A stretch of DNA of 64,000 nucleotides from Penicillus capitatus (taxonomy: Eukaryota > Plantae > Chlorophyta): the NCBI GenBank assembly GCA_965649825.1, contig OZ287695.1, positions 1,911,288-1,975,287 of the forward strand, given 5' to 3'. Both the position numbers and the translations under genes were made by a program. Shown here in pieces: positions 11,546-25,637 of this stretch (position 1 is the stretch's first letter; every line of letters begins with the position of its first letter). The notes under the pieces were generated by a model that did no database searches, was not told the DNA's origin, and worked only from the letters and a program-made list of their open reading frames with translations.

Positions 11546-13106
11546 TTAAGCGAATCCTCCATAGCTGTTGTCGGATTCCAGATGAATTGCTGTCCAAAGA
11601 TATGCGCCATCGGATTCTCGGCACATTTCGATCGAAACGGGAAGCACTGTTCTCGAAACGCCCTTTGCTGCGGAGTAGGTGATTTGACAGAGATGGCAGT
11701 GGACAGAATCGACGGCGTCACTGCGCTCCGCTCGAAGGGCATCGATAAAGACAAGAGATCCCTGGGCGATCTGCAGAGCGGCTCTGACCTTCGCCTCATC
11801 GTGTCCGATCGTCACCTGAACAACCACCCTCCTCTCAACGATACACTTTTCGACGATCGTTAGAGACAGACGGTTTCTTGTGGCGTCTGCAGTGTGAGGT
11901 CGTCCGATAGGAACATCACGTGCTGGACTTTGATAATCTCGTCCATTCCGTCCAATAACTGACGCATCATTTCGTTTTCGTTGCCGTTCTTGACAGTTCC
12001 AAAGTGTTCTAGCGCCTCGACGATTCCGCCGGCAAAGGATCGTGTTGCCTGTGACAGCATCTCCAGTGCACAACGATTTGAGTGTCGTGTCGATGCATAC
12101 GTGAAAGAGTGTCTGTTGATTTTTCTGACCCTCAGCCCATCTCTTCAGTTCTGGCATCGCATTGGCGACAATGCATCCACGGACACCGTTGATGGTGAAA
12201 AGATCGATGTCGTTTCCAGAATCGCCATTCACTTGGACACCATCTATTGGATAACGGTCCGACGCTCGTAACTAAGAATCTGCATCGGCATTGCTGCAGG
12301 GTATGGCAGTGAGAGCACCTCATTAAGGATGTAGGCAAGTGCCGGTCCTTTTCCGCCGCCACGAGGCAAAAGATCGAGATGCTGTCCCCCACTGAACAAC
12401 ACTTTGGCAGAGATGCCGTTTTCTGTCAATTGATCTGGACACGGACACACGTGCTCTATGGACTCCTGCGACAGCAGGATGTCACTTTGAAGTGTATCGG
12501 TCACAGATTCGGCGTTCTTCGAGAGATAAAAGCTTATCTTGTGTGGCCTCTGTTCGCTCTCTTCCTACCGCTAGCTTTGAGAAGACGGGTCATCTTTGCG
12601 TAGAAGACCTGCGTGCCTGGGGCGTAAGGATTGCGGAATCGAAGCTGGCAGCAATTTTCTGTAGCCGTTCCCGCTCCCAATCTTCACCGAGATGTCGTTT
12701 CCATTCCTCATCCGGCACCAACTGGCCGTTTTCGTTTCTCCAGAAAATTTCCGTTCCCACCGAACAAACCAACACATCCGGTACTAGCAGTGGAGCAGCA
12801 TTCTGCAACAAACAGTATATGTCTTCCATCACAGCTTCCTCGCAACTTCCTCTACCTGAAGTTGAAGATACTTCGCCGGAGACCGCCCTGTCGAATAGAC
12901 GAGCAGGGAATCCTGGGCCAAGTGCTCGTGCCATGTTCGATTGAAGCGCAGCAGTTCGTCGTGCGTTTCCTCCTCCTCGTGTCGCACCTATCCCCATTGC
13001 CTTTCGCGCGACGCAACAAGTTACCTATCTCTACCAGTGTGTGATCCAAGTCTGTTGCCAACACAAAACGCAGATTCTTGCGGTGCGGGAGCGACGTCGA
13101 TGGCAT
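11546..13106 (-). CDS. SPP: Sucrose-phosphate phosphatase-like HAD phosphatase
   Basis: HAD motif I FVLATDLDHTLV, LLVYSTGRS, PDVLVCSVGTEI, HLDLLPRGGGKGPAL, motif IV GDSGNDIDLF, followed by a C-terminal extension. Confidence 0.9.
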
Positions 13107-13193
13107 CTTTGATGAAAATGCTCGTGTGGATGCTCATTCACTAAACGGCGACGGCCATTGCATTTCATCCACCTCAGCACTGCACAGGAGATC
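13107..13193. promoter_or_regulatory. Putative bidirectional promoter between SPP (-) and PPase (+)
   Basis: Divergent start codons about 87 nt apart; inferred from geometry only. Confidence 0.45.
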
Positions 13194-14438
13194 ATGTCTG
13201 CGACCATACTTCGTCGCGCTGTGACAGGACGCATGCGCAGTGGTGTGACGCTCAGGCCGCATCGCCGCCATACGCACCTTGACCATGTCTGGCTGTCGCG
13301 AGATCTGCGCCGCCGTTGCGATAGGACTGTCGCTTAGGCACACGCGGGTTGTCGTTCACTGACACATGTCTGTTTACAACGTCCGTCGCCGCAGTCGGCG
13401 ACTCGTCGTCTGTCGAGACTCCTTACCGCCGTGCGCTGCGCGTACTCCACGAAAGAACAGGTGCATGACACTCTTCCGTCTGCTTCCTTGATCGAATGTG
13501 GTGGATGGATGGGGTGTATGTGTAGGGTGAACGAGGGACACTCGATTTCAGAATGTTTATCTCCGACAAATCCGGTGCGTCTTGTCGCCATCATGCTAGC
13601 AGAGATTCTTTGAGACAAACCGCCCAGGCAATACGGTGTCTCCTTGGCATGATATTCCACTCTTCTCGGAAACGGGGTTGCTGAACTTTGTGTGTGAGAT
13701 CCCCCGAGAATCGTCCGCCAAGATGGAAGTGGCTGTGGTATATCGCCAGCCCCTTGTGAACATATAGACATGTGCTGTGCTAGGACGAAGAGAATACGCC
13801 AATCAAGCAGGATACCAAGAGCGGGAAGCTCCGTTTCTATCCTTACAACATCAACTGGAACTATGGCCTCTTGCCGCAGACATGGGAAGATCCAGAGATC
13901 CAGAACAAGGACCTCAATGGCGTGATGGTACGAGAAGCGGCATAGAAGCGGAAATTATGGATCGAAATTATGGATCATGTGCAGGGAGATAACGATCCTG
14001 TCGATGTCGTCGAGATCGGATCGACGAAGCTCGATATGGGAGGCGTCTACACCGTGAAGCCGTTAGGCATCTACGCCATGATCGATGACGGCGAGCTCGA
14101 CTGGAAAGTCGTGGCCATCTGCGCTGACGATCCAAAGGCGAATCTCGTAAACGATGTCGAAGATGTCGAACGGTCGGCGATACCTCACTCTTTTTCTCAC
14201 TCTTCTGACGCAGCGATGCGTTCCTTCCTTTAGCGAATTTCCTGGCGAGTTGGAAAAGATCATGATCTGGTTCCGCGACTACAAGATGCCAGACGGCAAG
14301 CCGGCGAACGAGTATGGATATGATGCCAAGTGCATGAACAAAGAGTTCTGTTTGGATATCATCAAAGAGACCAATGAATTCTGGAAGGCTTTAAAATCAG
14401 GCGTTCGACAGAATTCTGAGGAGCTGTCCCTCGTCTGA
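13194..14438 (+). CDS. PPA: Soluble inorganic pyrophosphatase, plastid/eukaryote type
   Basis: [74 protein letters not shown]. Transit-peptide exons and the start codon are approximate. Confidence 0.93.
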
Positions 14439-14962
14439 GTCAGAAGGATTTGCACTTATGTTGTTGTTGTCCTATGAGATGCTTAGAAGACATACGCCGA
14501 AAGGGTTATACATATAAGAAAATACGTTCCTCCTTGTCTGTGGCTGTCGCATGCAACAAACTTCGTGCTTTAACATTTTCTGCTGTCATAGGTGTGAGAT
14601 CGGTCACAGATAACAATAGGTGTCTTGTCGAATGGCACTTCGATTCTCAACTTTCTCGATCGAGTCAACAAACAACGATGGCGACAGTGATAGCGTCAGA
14701 ATGAAGACCATTGTGATAAATAATTCTTCAATGTTCTCTCGCGCGTTATCTCAATCTCCATGGCTTGCCATAGATTCACTGACCCATTGAACGCACTCCC
14801 ACGATGTGACAAACAGACTCCTGTCACCGTGCTTGGGTGGGAAGATCAAGGGCACTTAGATGATACGATACTCTAGGCAAGAGAGAATGACGTCAAAAAA
14901 TGAAATGCTACTATATGTCTCTAGCCCATCAAGACACATGGTGTTTTCAAAACCGAAGCGCA

Positions 14963-16054
14963 TTAGATGCTCATGTGCAGTTCTGTATCCGTCCTTTCGC
15001 ATCCTTGCATCCATGCACGCTGCAGACTATGCATATCGCTCGGTGGCATCACGCTCTTCAAGGCTTCTTGCAGTGAGCCGATATCAAAAATAAATTCATC
15101 GTTTGATGGTCTCTCATCGTCATCGGACAACGAAGATCTGTCCTCCGAACGATCTGCCTCGTCTTCTTCTGAACTGAACAATAGCGAGTCGTCATCGTCA
15201 TCATTATCATCATCCGATGAACGCTCGAACCAATCCTCCAATCGTTCCAGAATAAATCCCCTCTGCAGCGGTTTGATGAAGTGCGGACGCCGTCTCTTTT
15301 CCACGTAACACTGCCTGACGACGGAATGAAAAGAGCTGTAGAAATCTAACTCCATCTGAAGATTGTACGGTACGCAGGTTTCACTCAAATTCACTGGATG
15401 ACCCAGGACAGGAGAAGCTGCTTGAGGGGTCTCTGTTGCCGCTGCTGCTTTTTCTGTAATGGAATCCTCCATTTTTGGTTTCCCTTCGACAGTCGTATCT
15501 TTCAAGATGGATGCCACAGCAGCTGTATCATAGTGTGAAAACTGAGCAAAGTCATCGATCTGAAACGAAAGTGGGGAAGGGACAGGGCTAAAAATGAGTG
15601 CAGACGTACAGTCATCACCCCCATCACTCGACAACGACACAGGATGACTCTCAGCCATCAAAGCTGTGCACTCAGATATCAACTCATTGCAGGACTTGCT
15701 GACACTCGACAACGTCTTGGCACTACTGTTCATCATATCTCCTAGTTTCACAGCTGGAGTCGGAGCAGCCGGAGGATGGGGAATATCGATGGCGGGCGAT
15801 GTGAAACGAACATTGTGGTGCGGGTGCGGGTGATGGTGGTTGTGGTTGTGGATATGCGTCGTCGATCCCTCTAATGTCTTCTCCGAACTGTCATCCTTCA
15901 TTTTTTTATTCTTCGTATCGTACTCCGAAGCTTTTTTGCGAATGCCTTTCCGCCGTCCGCGTTTCTTTGGTGCGTTTTCGTCTTGGGAGTAAGAGGCCGA
16001 GAGATCTGGGCTCTCCTGACTCTCTGAGAGCTTCATCTTGCGCAGGCCCTCCAC
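14963..16054 (-). CDS. Hypothetical 363-aa single-exon protein (basic KKRGRRK NLS-like patch, His-rich tract, acidic tract)
   Basis: Long uninterrupted ATG-initiated ORF filling the gap between two genes; no family recognised. Confidence 0.75.
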   Translation of the reverse strand: MEGLRKMKLSESQESPDLSASYSQDENAPKKRGRRKGIRKKASEYDTKNKKMKDDSSEKTLEGSTTHIHNHNHHHPHPHHNVRFTSPAIDIPHPPAAPTPAVKLGDMMNSSAKTLSSVSKSCNELISECTALMAESHPVSLSSDGGDDCTSALIFSPVPSPLSFQIDDFAQFSHYDTAAVASILKDTTVEGKPKMEDSITEKAAAATETPQAASPVLGHPVNLSETCVPYNLQMELDFYSSFHSVVRQCYVEKRRRPHFIKPLQRGFILERLEDWFERSSDDDNDDDDDSLLFSSEEDEADRSEDRSSLSDDDERPSNDEFIFDIGSLQEALKSVMPPSDMHSLQRAWMQGCERTDTELHMSI

Positions 16055-16237
16055 ATCGATAGAGCCACCCTCGAAGACCCACGGAATGTCATTGGGTGGT
16101 GGGAAATTGCATCGGGCACTGACGCCTCGTATCTCTCGATTCGCTCTGTCGTACGCAAGAGCGGCCTCTTCTGCCGAATTGAATGTTCCAAGCCAACTAC
16201 ATACATCATCACGTGCATACTCAAATCAACCTTAAAC

Positions 16238-17633
16238 ATGTGTGTGCCTTGGACAGTGCTGCCCGGCACAGAGTCATCATTACCGTCGGATTTTGTCTTT
16301 GGGGTCGCGGATTTCGGCAGCCCACTTTCCCCAGGGGCGCTGCCGCACGCCGCGATACGTCTTGTTGCGGCCTCTCGGTATGACAACAGGCGGTGGAATA
16401 CCGGATGCGTGGATCGGCTTCGGTGCTGTATCGCATCGAACCGGCTCCCTCTTTGCGTCGACCGTCGGATCCTAACCGCACGACCTCGTTTCAGACAGCG
16501 CCCAACGGGAGAAAGACCCTTGCGATTCCATTAGACCAGCACGATCGAAGAAGCTGACCTGAAGCTGCCATAGCTTCGCGTTATGTACCTGCAACTGTGC
16601 CGACGGAGCCGCATCGTTGAGCGACGGATCCACGCGTTGAATGCCTGCCGTGAGAGCACTCCATGCCACTGGCGCGCGTTTCTCGACCTCTGTCACGTGC
16701 GCAACGGCACCGTGCTTCGAAACATCTTTCGAGTTCTCCATTTTAGAAACATGCGCTTGGGCAAAGACAAAACAAGAGTCGTGCACTGCGCACTCGACCT
16801 GAGCAAAATCAAGGCAAACGGAGGAGGCATCCAGATGGAACCCCATTTCGAAACGTCACATCAGCCTTTTAGAGATGTTCAGCACCTCGTCCACAAACCC
16901 CATACTGTTGTTTACAAGATGCCCTGGCCACATGATGCGCCCCGCGCAGAAGCGTGGGGGAATGCGGATGGAGTGGAGACGGCGATGTGGTGAAGGAGAA
17001 CGTGTGGAAGGCGAGAGACTGTCGCACGCGTTTGCGCATTACGTCTTGCAAAACGATCTGCAGAATCTACCAACGCGTCCGTCGCATCTCATGTCACCAA
17101 CGGCTGTCGTGGCCTCTCAGATGTCGGCGCTGCAACGCAACGACTGGCCTGAATCGGACAGCGGTGCCCAAACTGTGTTCTTCTTCAGCAAACCGGAAGA
17201 TCTGGCTGCCATCGACCAGGGGAAGATGCCACGTCGTCGGACATGGTTTGCCACCGAGGCATACTTAACGCAACAGGAGTTCACAGAGATGCTGCATCGA
17301 CCACCCTATGCGGCACTGACGCAGTTTGACGATTGGCAGGTTTGAGCGCGCCACGTCTCGTCGTCCATCCGTGCACACAGGGGCTGTCACTGTAGCCGCT
17401 TTCGCCGATGGTTTTCCCAAGTCGTCGCAAAGACGTCGCCGTTCAAGCCATCCGCATCACCATGCGAGATCTCACCGAATGCATTTTCACCTTCTGTCTC
17501 GAAAGAATACCCGTCGGTTCTTACAAGGTATTGTGAGAAAGAGTGAGAGCGATGTGTGATTAAGGCATTGCTCTGTGTGGATTAGAATTGCTGGTTGACA
17601 GTGGGTGTTCGTCTTGGTGACTATGCATCTTAG
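16238..17633 (+). CDS. Hypothetical multi-exon protein, C-terminus reminiscent of DUF4864-like green-lineage proteins
   Basis: 3' exons splice to [42 protein letters not shown]...[29 protein letters not shown]. 5' exons and start not resolved; family call is from recall. Confidence 0.5.
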
Positions 17634-17753
17634 CATTTCATTTTCCATAATGGACCGTTTTTCTGCTTCGAATCTTCATCAAATTCCGTCTTCGTGTGCG
17701 AACGCGTTTTTCGAAAATTGCTGTTTGTTTGACGTTCTTCGCTCCCGTTGTAA

Positions 17754-19975
<2,222 letters not shown>

Positions 19976-21536
19976 GTTTTCTCTCCAGCGCTTTCTCTCT
20001 GTCTGTTTTTTCCTTGTGTTGTGGTGTGACGTCTAGAAAGCATGTGTGTTACGCTGTCAGAAGCTCACTCGTACTGTTCCTTGCAGATGACTTCTTTGAC
20101 AAATAAATTTCGCAAACAAGCCCAATTAAAATCGGAACGGCTTTTAATGTAATGACCGTCTCATGGACAGGCCAGGGGTTGTTCGATTATGAAGGAATGC
20201 TGTCTGTGTCGAACGTGTTTCCAAGCTCTGGTGTCCTATTCACACGTTTCTTATACTTTTGCTTATATTCTTGTGCACTACATGGCCCGTTGTGTTGTTT
20301 TGATCAGCCCAGGACCGATCGATCGTCATTCTTCATGCATTCATGATCTATGTTCATGTGTGTCGGATGGGTTACCAAGTCTACATACAGAATCACTCAA
20401 TTCTCTAAATGCGCTTGTATTCTTTGTTCTTTACAAGCGCTCCTATAAGGATAAGCATTGTATGGATTTCTTCTATTGTTTTGTGCACGCATGTGTGATG
20501 GTTCCTTCTACATCCCAGCAGGGAATCCAATAAAACAACGATGAACAAGAGAAGGATATGTTGTGCATGATATGTTTGTTTGTGTTTCTTTGTGTCTGGG
20601 GTAGGTTCGGTCAGGTCAAGTATCAGCCTTCTCATATAGTTCATTGTTGCTGATGATGCTGCCGCTGCCCATTCCTGTCTCATTGCTTTGCCAAGACAGT
20701 AGCAAAGAAGTAGATTTCTGTGTCGTCTTCCTTCTTAGCTAGCTTGATGAGAGAGACTATGTTCGTTCGTGCGTTACGGGACAGCGGTGTGTGTTTGTGT
20801 TACCAAAGTTGTCAGCTAATGGGATGGAAGTCGGGGGAAGAGTCGTTCGTCTATTGTTTTCTTTTCTAAACGGTGCGGCGTCGTCCTTTTTTCTTGAGTA
20901 GATGATTTGATGATGATTGGTCCACTTTAAAGGGAGGGATGATAGTAGTTTGACAGATCAAAACAGAACATCAACGGGCTTTAATCTCTTACCTCTGTCA
21001 AAATAAGACTCGATACGACAGTACATTCTCACCAATCCATGCTTCACTTCATCCTTCATTCTGAAGAGTGTTCTCTGGAATTTGCTTGTTTTCTGTCTGT
21101 CTGTCGTTTGGATGAGACATGAGACAAGAGCATTACTGTCGTTATGCTGTTACCAACAATAAAAAGATATGATTTAGTTTTGTGGTCATTACAGTTTTAT
21201 TTGTCGATCTGGTTTTTATTGAGAAGAATGAACTGCAAGAAACAGCGTACAGACAGATGTTGAGAAAGTGAAATACACACAAACATGTGTAAAGACTGCG
21301 AAAGGCTACCTTACCGACGTCCAGTGCATACATACCATCCATTGCATCGTTAGGCAATGATGAACCGTCACGTCATTGGTAGCCGCGAGCTAAACGAGTC
21401 AGACGTCGCGTGTGTGTCTCTACGTGTATACGCACCAACTGTGCGACCAGCGTTCTATTTTGAGCAATTCCGAAGCCAAGATTCAACTTGGACTGTCCTG
21501 TTGCTCTGGTGAACGTGTTGCGGCTTCGACAGAAAC

Positions 21537-22565
21537 ATGTCGCGCGATTACTATCCCTTTGACGAGCAGCTCATCTCGACGCTCTCTGCCAGGACCGTCC
21601 ACCCTGTGACACCGTTCGAAGCCGCGGACACGCAGCAGAATTTCTCAGCTGCATTCGAAGGCGCTACTTTCAGCAGTGGAAGTTCAGTGCTGTCTGCTTT
21701 TGAACCCCCGACGGACACAGACATCCTCGAAAAGGCATCTCTCGCTCATCTCATGGACGAGAATCGCGCCTATACAGGACGTCTGGTATCCAGTCCTTGC
21801 AGAGAGATGTCACCCGGCAAACTAACGGTCGCTTTGCCCCAGGAAGACCTCCGAGCACTTATTGACAGACTTCAGGCAATCTACTTCTACCGCCAAGTAT
21901 GACATCCTATGGCCATGAGGGTCAGCTCATGTGGATGGGTGGGTGACTAGGGTCTGCAGGCACTGGCGAATGAAAGGGGATGTGTTCACGCCAGTGTGTC
22001 CAATGGAAACTCTGCTGGCGAATCTCACTCTTTTGCTAAGCCATCTTTGGTCATCGGAGCACCGGCGTCGATTCTGGGCGTCACAGATTCGATTTGGAAA
22101 ATGGATGATCACCAGCTCTCCATAGCGGCTCGAGCAGTCGAGGCAGCGGCTGTCGAGAAATCTTTAACGACAGAATGCTTGCCGCCACATACCCCTCCGA
22201 CGCATCCTCCTCCTCCTGAGGCATTTCTGCCAAGCGTCAGTGGACCGCCGGCACAGACAACGGAGAGTGCTCAGAGAGGGTATCGACGCAAATCGCGCCG
22301 CCAACGCAGCTGTCCCGTCGCTCTGTGTGCTCCTCAATGGGCAGATGCCACGTGGGATCCCAAAACCTCTGTCAAACCCCACAATCACTCATCCAGTCAC
22401 GGCACGGGTGTGTTCATCCCTCCCCATCTGGCTCAGTCTCCAGCAGCAGAAGGTCTTTCAACAGCCACCTGTCACATCACCTGCACGATGTGTTTGACAG
22501 GTAGTGGCAGTGATCGAGACATCGGCACACCACAGCATCGTATGGATCTGAACCACCACCCCTAA
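21537..22565 (+). CDS. Hypothetical 2-exon disordered protein with a GTGVFIP motif
   Basis: ORFs 21537-21896 and 21951-22565 join in frame through a 54-nt GT-AG intron; HGTGVFIPPHL lies near the C-terminus. Confidence 0.65.
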
Positions 22566-23542
22566 CCACCCCGGTAGCTTTTCTGACTCCGTTTTCTTTC
22601 TAGACCTTTTTACAGAATCACAATGCGAAACGCATCCGGCAACTCTGCAAAACCACAACAACGACCTCAAAAGATGAATAAAGACTTCATCTACAAACAA
22701 GGTTCCTGGTTCGATTCGAAAATGCAGCAGCCTATGTATCCAGAAAAGAAGAAGAAAGATCAAAAAATGTACTCCTTAATCTCGTTGCGGCTACTTTCCA
22801 AGTTGTGTGCGTTGTTATTGTATATAAAGAAATCTCTTTTTTCTTCCGTGGATTCGGGGAACTAGTCATGCAGAGATAGAACGCAGATCATTTTTCATTC
22901 TTCGTCTGGTTCTGCTCAATGGGAAATGGTCCTGAGTTGGGAATACAAGATGGTTTTGCGTATTGTCTCGATTTTTTCCTTTTGATTTAAATAATCGACA
23001 GACGTATGGTGACCGAGAATGAAGGATGTGAGACCAAAGTGCTGATGAGGCCTCATGCCATGGAAATAAAGACAAGACTGGTGGTATGTTCGTTCGTTTG
23101 TTCACCTCGGCCGCGTTGCGTGTCTGCTGTGGAGTAACCTCGACGAGACAGCGTGTTTCTGCAAAGATGGACGGTGACGATTTTCCACAACGCACACCTC
23201 AGAACGACGCCAAACGAGGTCTCCTCGACGACGGTCGCACGGAGCAGCCTCGACGTCGACAGGAGGTCTTTGACGTGTTCGGTCAAGACGCTGTGCCGCT
23301 AGCCCTTGTCCTTGTCGTCCTTCTACTCAGTAAGCCAGATACCTTCATCACTCGCGTACCTATCGACGTGACAGACCTCATGGGAGCGGCAATGACGCGC
23401 TGTACGTGCTGAGCAACGGAGACCGCATAGAATCGAAACCACACAGCAAATAACCAAACAAATATTCTTGACACGGCGCTGTGAAACGCGGTGTAAAACT
23501 GATGTTTCTGTGTGGGGTGGAATGTATGGTATGGATGGACCC

Positions 23543-24774
23543 TTATGTCTCAGCATCCTCCGGTTTCTCGAATTGAGAAGGAGAATCCAATATGTGCATG
23601 CAGCAGAGACCTGCTGTCAATGCCAGACTCAAGATAATGGCCAAAATGATACCCTCCAAGAATTTCACACGAACCTAACGACAGACCCACGCATGATGGA
23701 TGAGATGGATGGCCAGAGAGAACGTACTTTGCAGAGCTCATCGCAGAAACCGTAGTCGATCAAGGTCCTTTCCTCGTCCTCTTCGTCGGATTTGAGGCTG
23801 CGTCGACGTTGAGGTGCATTGATGAATGCTGTGGGCTGCACCAACTCCGACACAAAAAGCATGGCGTACTCAACTGCACGAACATACAGATAGGTCGCCA
23901 TGATCCGAATGATCCGGATCGCACTTTGTGAAGCTTTGAGTGCCGTGCCCATCTCTTCCAACTGTGTCATCTCGTCTGTCAAATCACCGTCTCCGCATTT
24001 CACCACGATCTAAGTGTGCGCACGGTGAGAAGATGGATCGAGGAGTGGGTGATGGGACTTTGGGTGCCGATCCTTTTTCGGCTTTGAGAATCGAGGCGAA
24101 GTCTGCGGTATGACCAGCTTCGGCGCAGCTTCCCAAGTACTAAACCCATCTGTCAACGAGACGTATGCACTCCATAGCTGTCCTTACCGTGACATCTGCA
24201 TCCACATCTGAGAGTGACGGTTGAATGAGATCCCTGACTCTTCCTCTCTAGACACCATCGACGAGGCAGCGATCTCGCAAAGGTTATCCAACAGAGTACC
24301 TCGACGCGGACATTGTTGAAGACATACTTCGAGGCACTGCTTGTGAACGCTCGGCGCAGAGGCTCGGACACCGAAGTGTCTCCAGACAGCATCCAAGGGT
24401 CCATCTACCGAACAGACTCGACAGTCGCAAGGCTGCGCAGGGTTTGGCGATAGGGGGCACCTGGCCGCTGATGAACACAACGAAGACCTCCGGTCTTTTC
24501 GCCGTTTGCGAAAAGTAGGCGTCGTTTCCATCGCCGCGCGTCACGAATGCATCGATGGTCGCTTTCCACAGATCGAGAAATTCGACTGTCTGTCCAGCGC
24601 AGCGGTTGTGGACGAGGGTCGGTGCGTGCTCAGGGAACATACTTGATAGACGACGGTCGGTTCGGCTTGGGCGTTGCCTTCGGACGCAGATGACCAAAGA
24701 AGCGTCGGTGCGAGTTCGTGTCCGTGGCCGGACAGGAACGAGGCGGCGAACACAACGCAGAGAAGGAGGCGCAT
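23543..24774 (-). CDS. V-ATPase accessory subunit Ac45/VOA1-like type I membrane protein
   Basis: Signal peptide MRLLLCVVFAASFLSG followed by APTLLWS. Spliced C-terminus FCDELCKVRVKFLEGIILAIILSLALTAGLCCMHILDSPSQFEKPE matches the recalled plant Ac45/VOA1 TM motif. Alternative in-frame ATG at 24801. Confidence 0.75.
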
Positions 24775-24810
24775 TTCTGACAGCGAGACACAATCGATCA
24801 TGGCCAGCCA

Positions 24811-25572
24811 ATGGGCCACATGAATACATCTCCGTCGGCGATGTCGACGTTCCTACAACGACAACGACTCGCCACCGGCCGTTCCTCTATCGATACCCAA
24901 GGGTCGCGCAAATGGACGGCGATGTGTCCTCGGAGGCGATGGTCACGACGACAGGCGTTGCAAAGCCGTGGAGGCCGATTGGTGGACGATCTCGAAAGAG
25001 ATCGGCGTTTTATGAACGAAGCGCTGATGGAGGCGAAAAGGGCTTACGATAAAGAAGAAGTGCCTGTTGGTGCGGTTCTGGTCTTGGATGACGAGATTAT
25101 TTGCCGTTGCCACAATCAAACGGAATCGCTCTCGGATCCGACCGCCCACGCTGAGATGCTCTGTATTCGACAAGCGGCAGCCATGCAGGAGAGTAAACGC
25201 ATGTGCTATCGAGATAGATATCTGACGACTCTCCTTTCGCTTTAGATTGGAGATTGACGGAATGCGAGCTGTATACCACATTGGAGCCGTGCCCCATGTG
25301 CGCCGGGGCGATTTTGCAGTCTCGGATCTCCAGGTGTGTCTATGCGGCGAAGAGTGTGCGTTTGGGAGCAGCCGGAAGTTGGATTGATCTTTTTGATCCA
25401 TCGCGCCACCATCCATACCATCGACATACTGAAGTCGCGTCGACACAGAGTAATGAAATGCCACCTGACATATGACTGTTTCTAGGTCTTGCAAGGAATC
25501 TGCGAAGCGGAGAGCAATGCCCTTCTCACTTCTTTTTTTCAAGTCCGACGACAAAAGTGTGACCACTACTGA
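24811..25572 (+). CDS. tadA: tRNA adenosine(34) deaminase, bacterial/plastid TadA type, with N-terminal extension (3 exons)
   Basis: FMNEALMEAKRA, EVPVGAVLV, DPTAHAEMLCIR, NWRLTECELYTTLEPCPMCAGAILQSRI (HAE and PCxxC zinc motifs). Confidence 0.92.
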
Positions 25573-25637
25573 AGTTGAGTTTATGACGCAGCGGCAGCAG
25601 TCAGCATTCTCGTCATCTCTAAATGTCCTTTTCTTCC

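Noticed and set aside
22623-22865. 80-aa + strand ORF after the GTGVFIP gene
   Set aside because: No motif, lies in a probable 3' UTR, and overlaps better minus-strand fragments.
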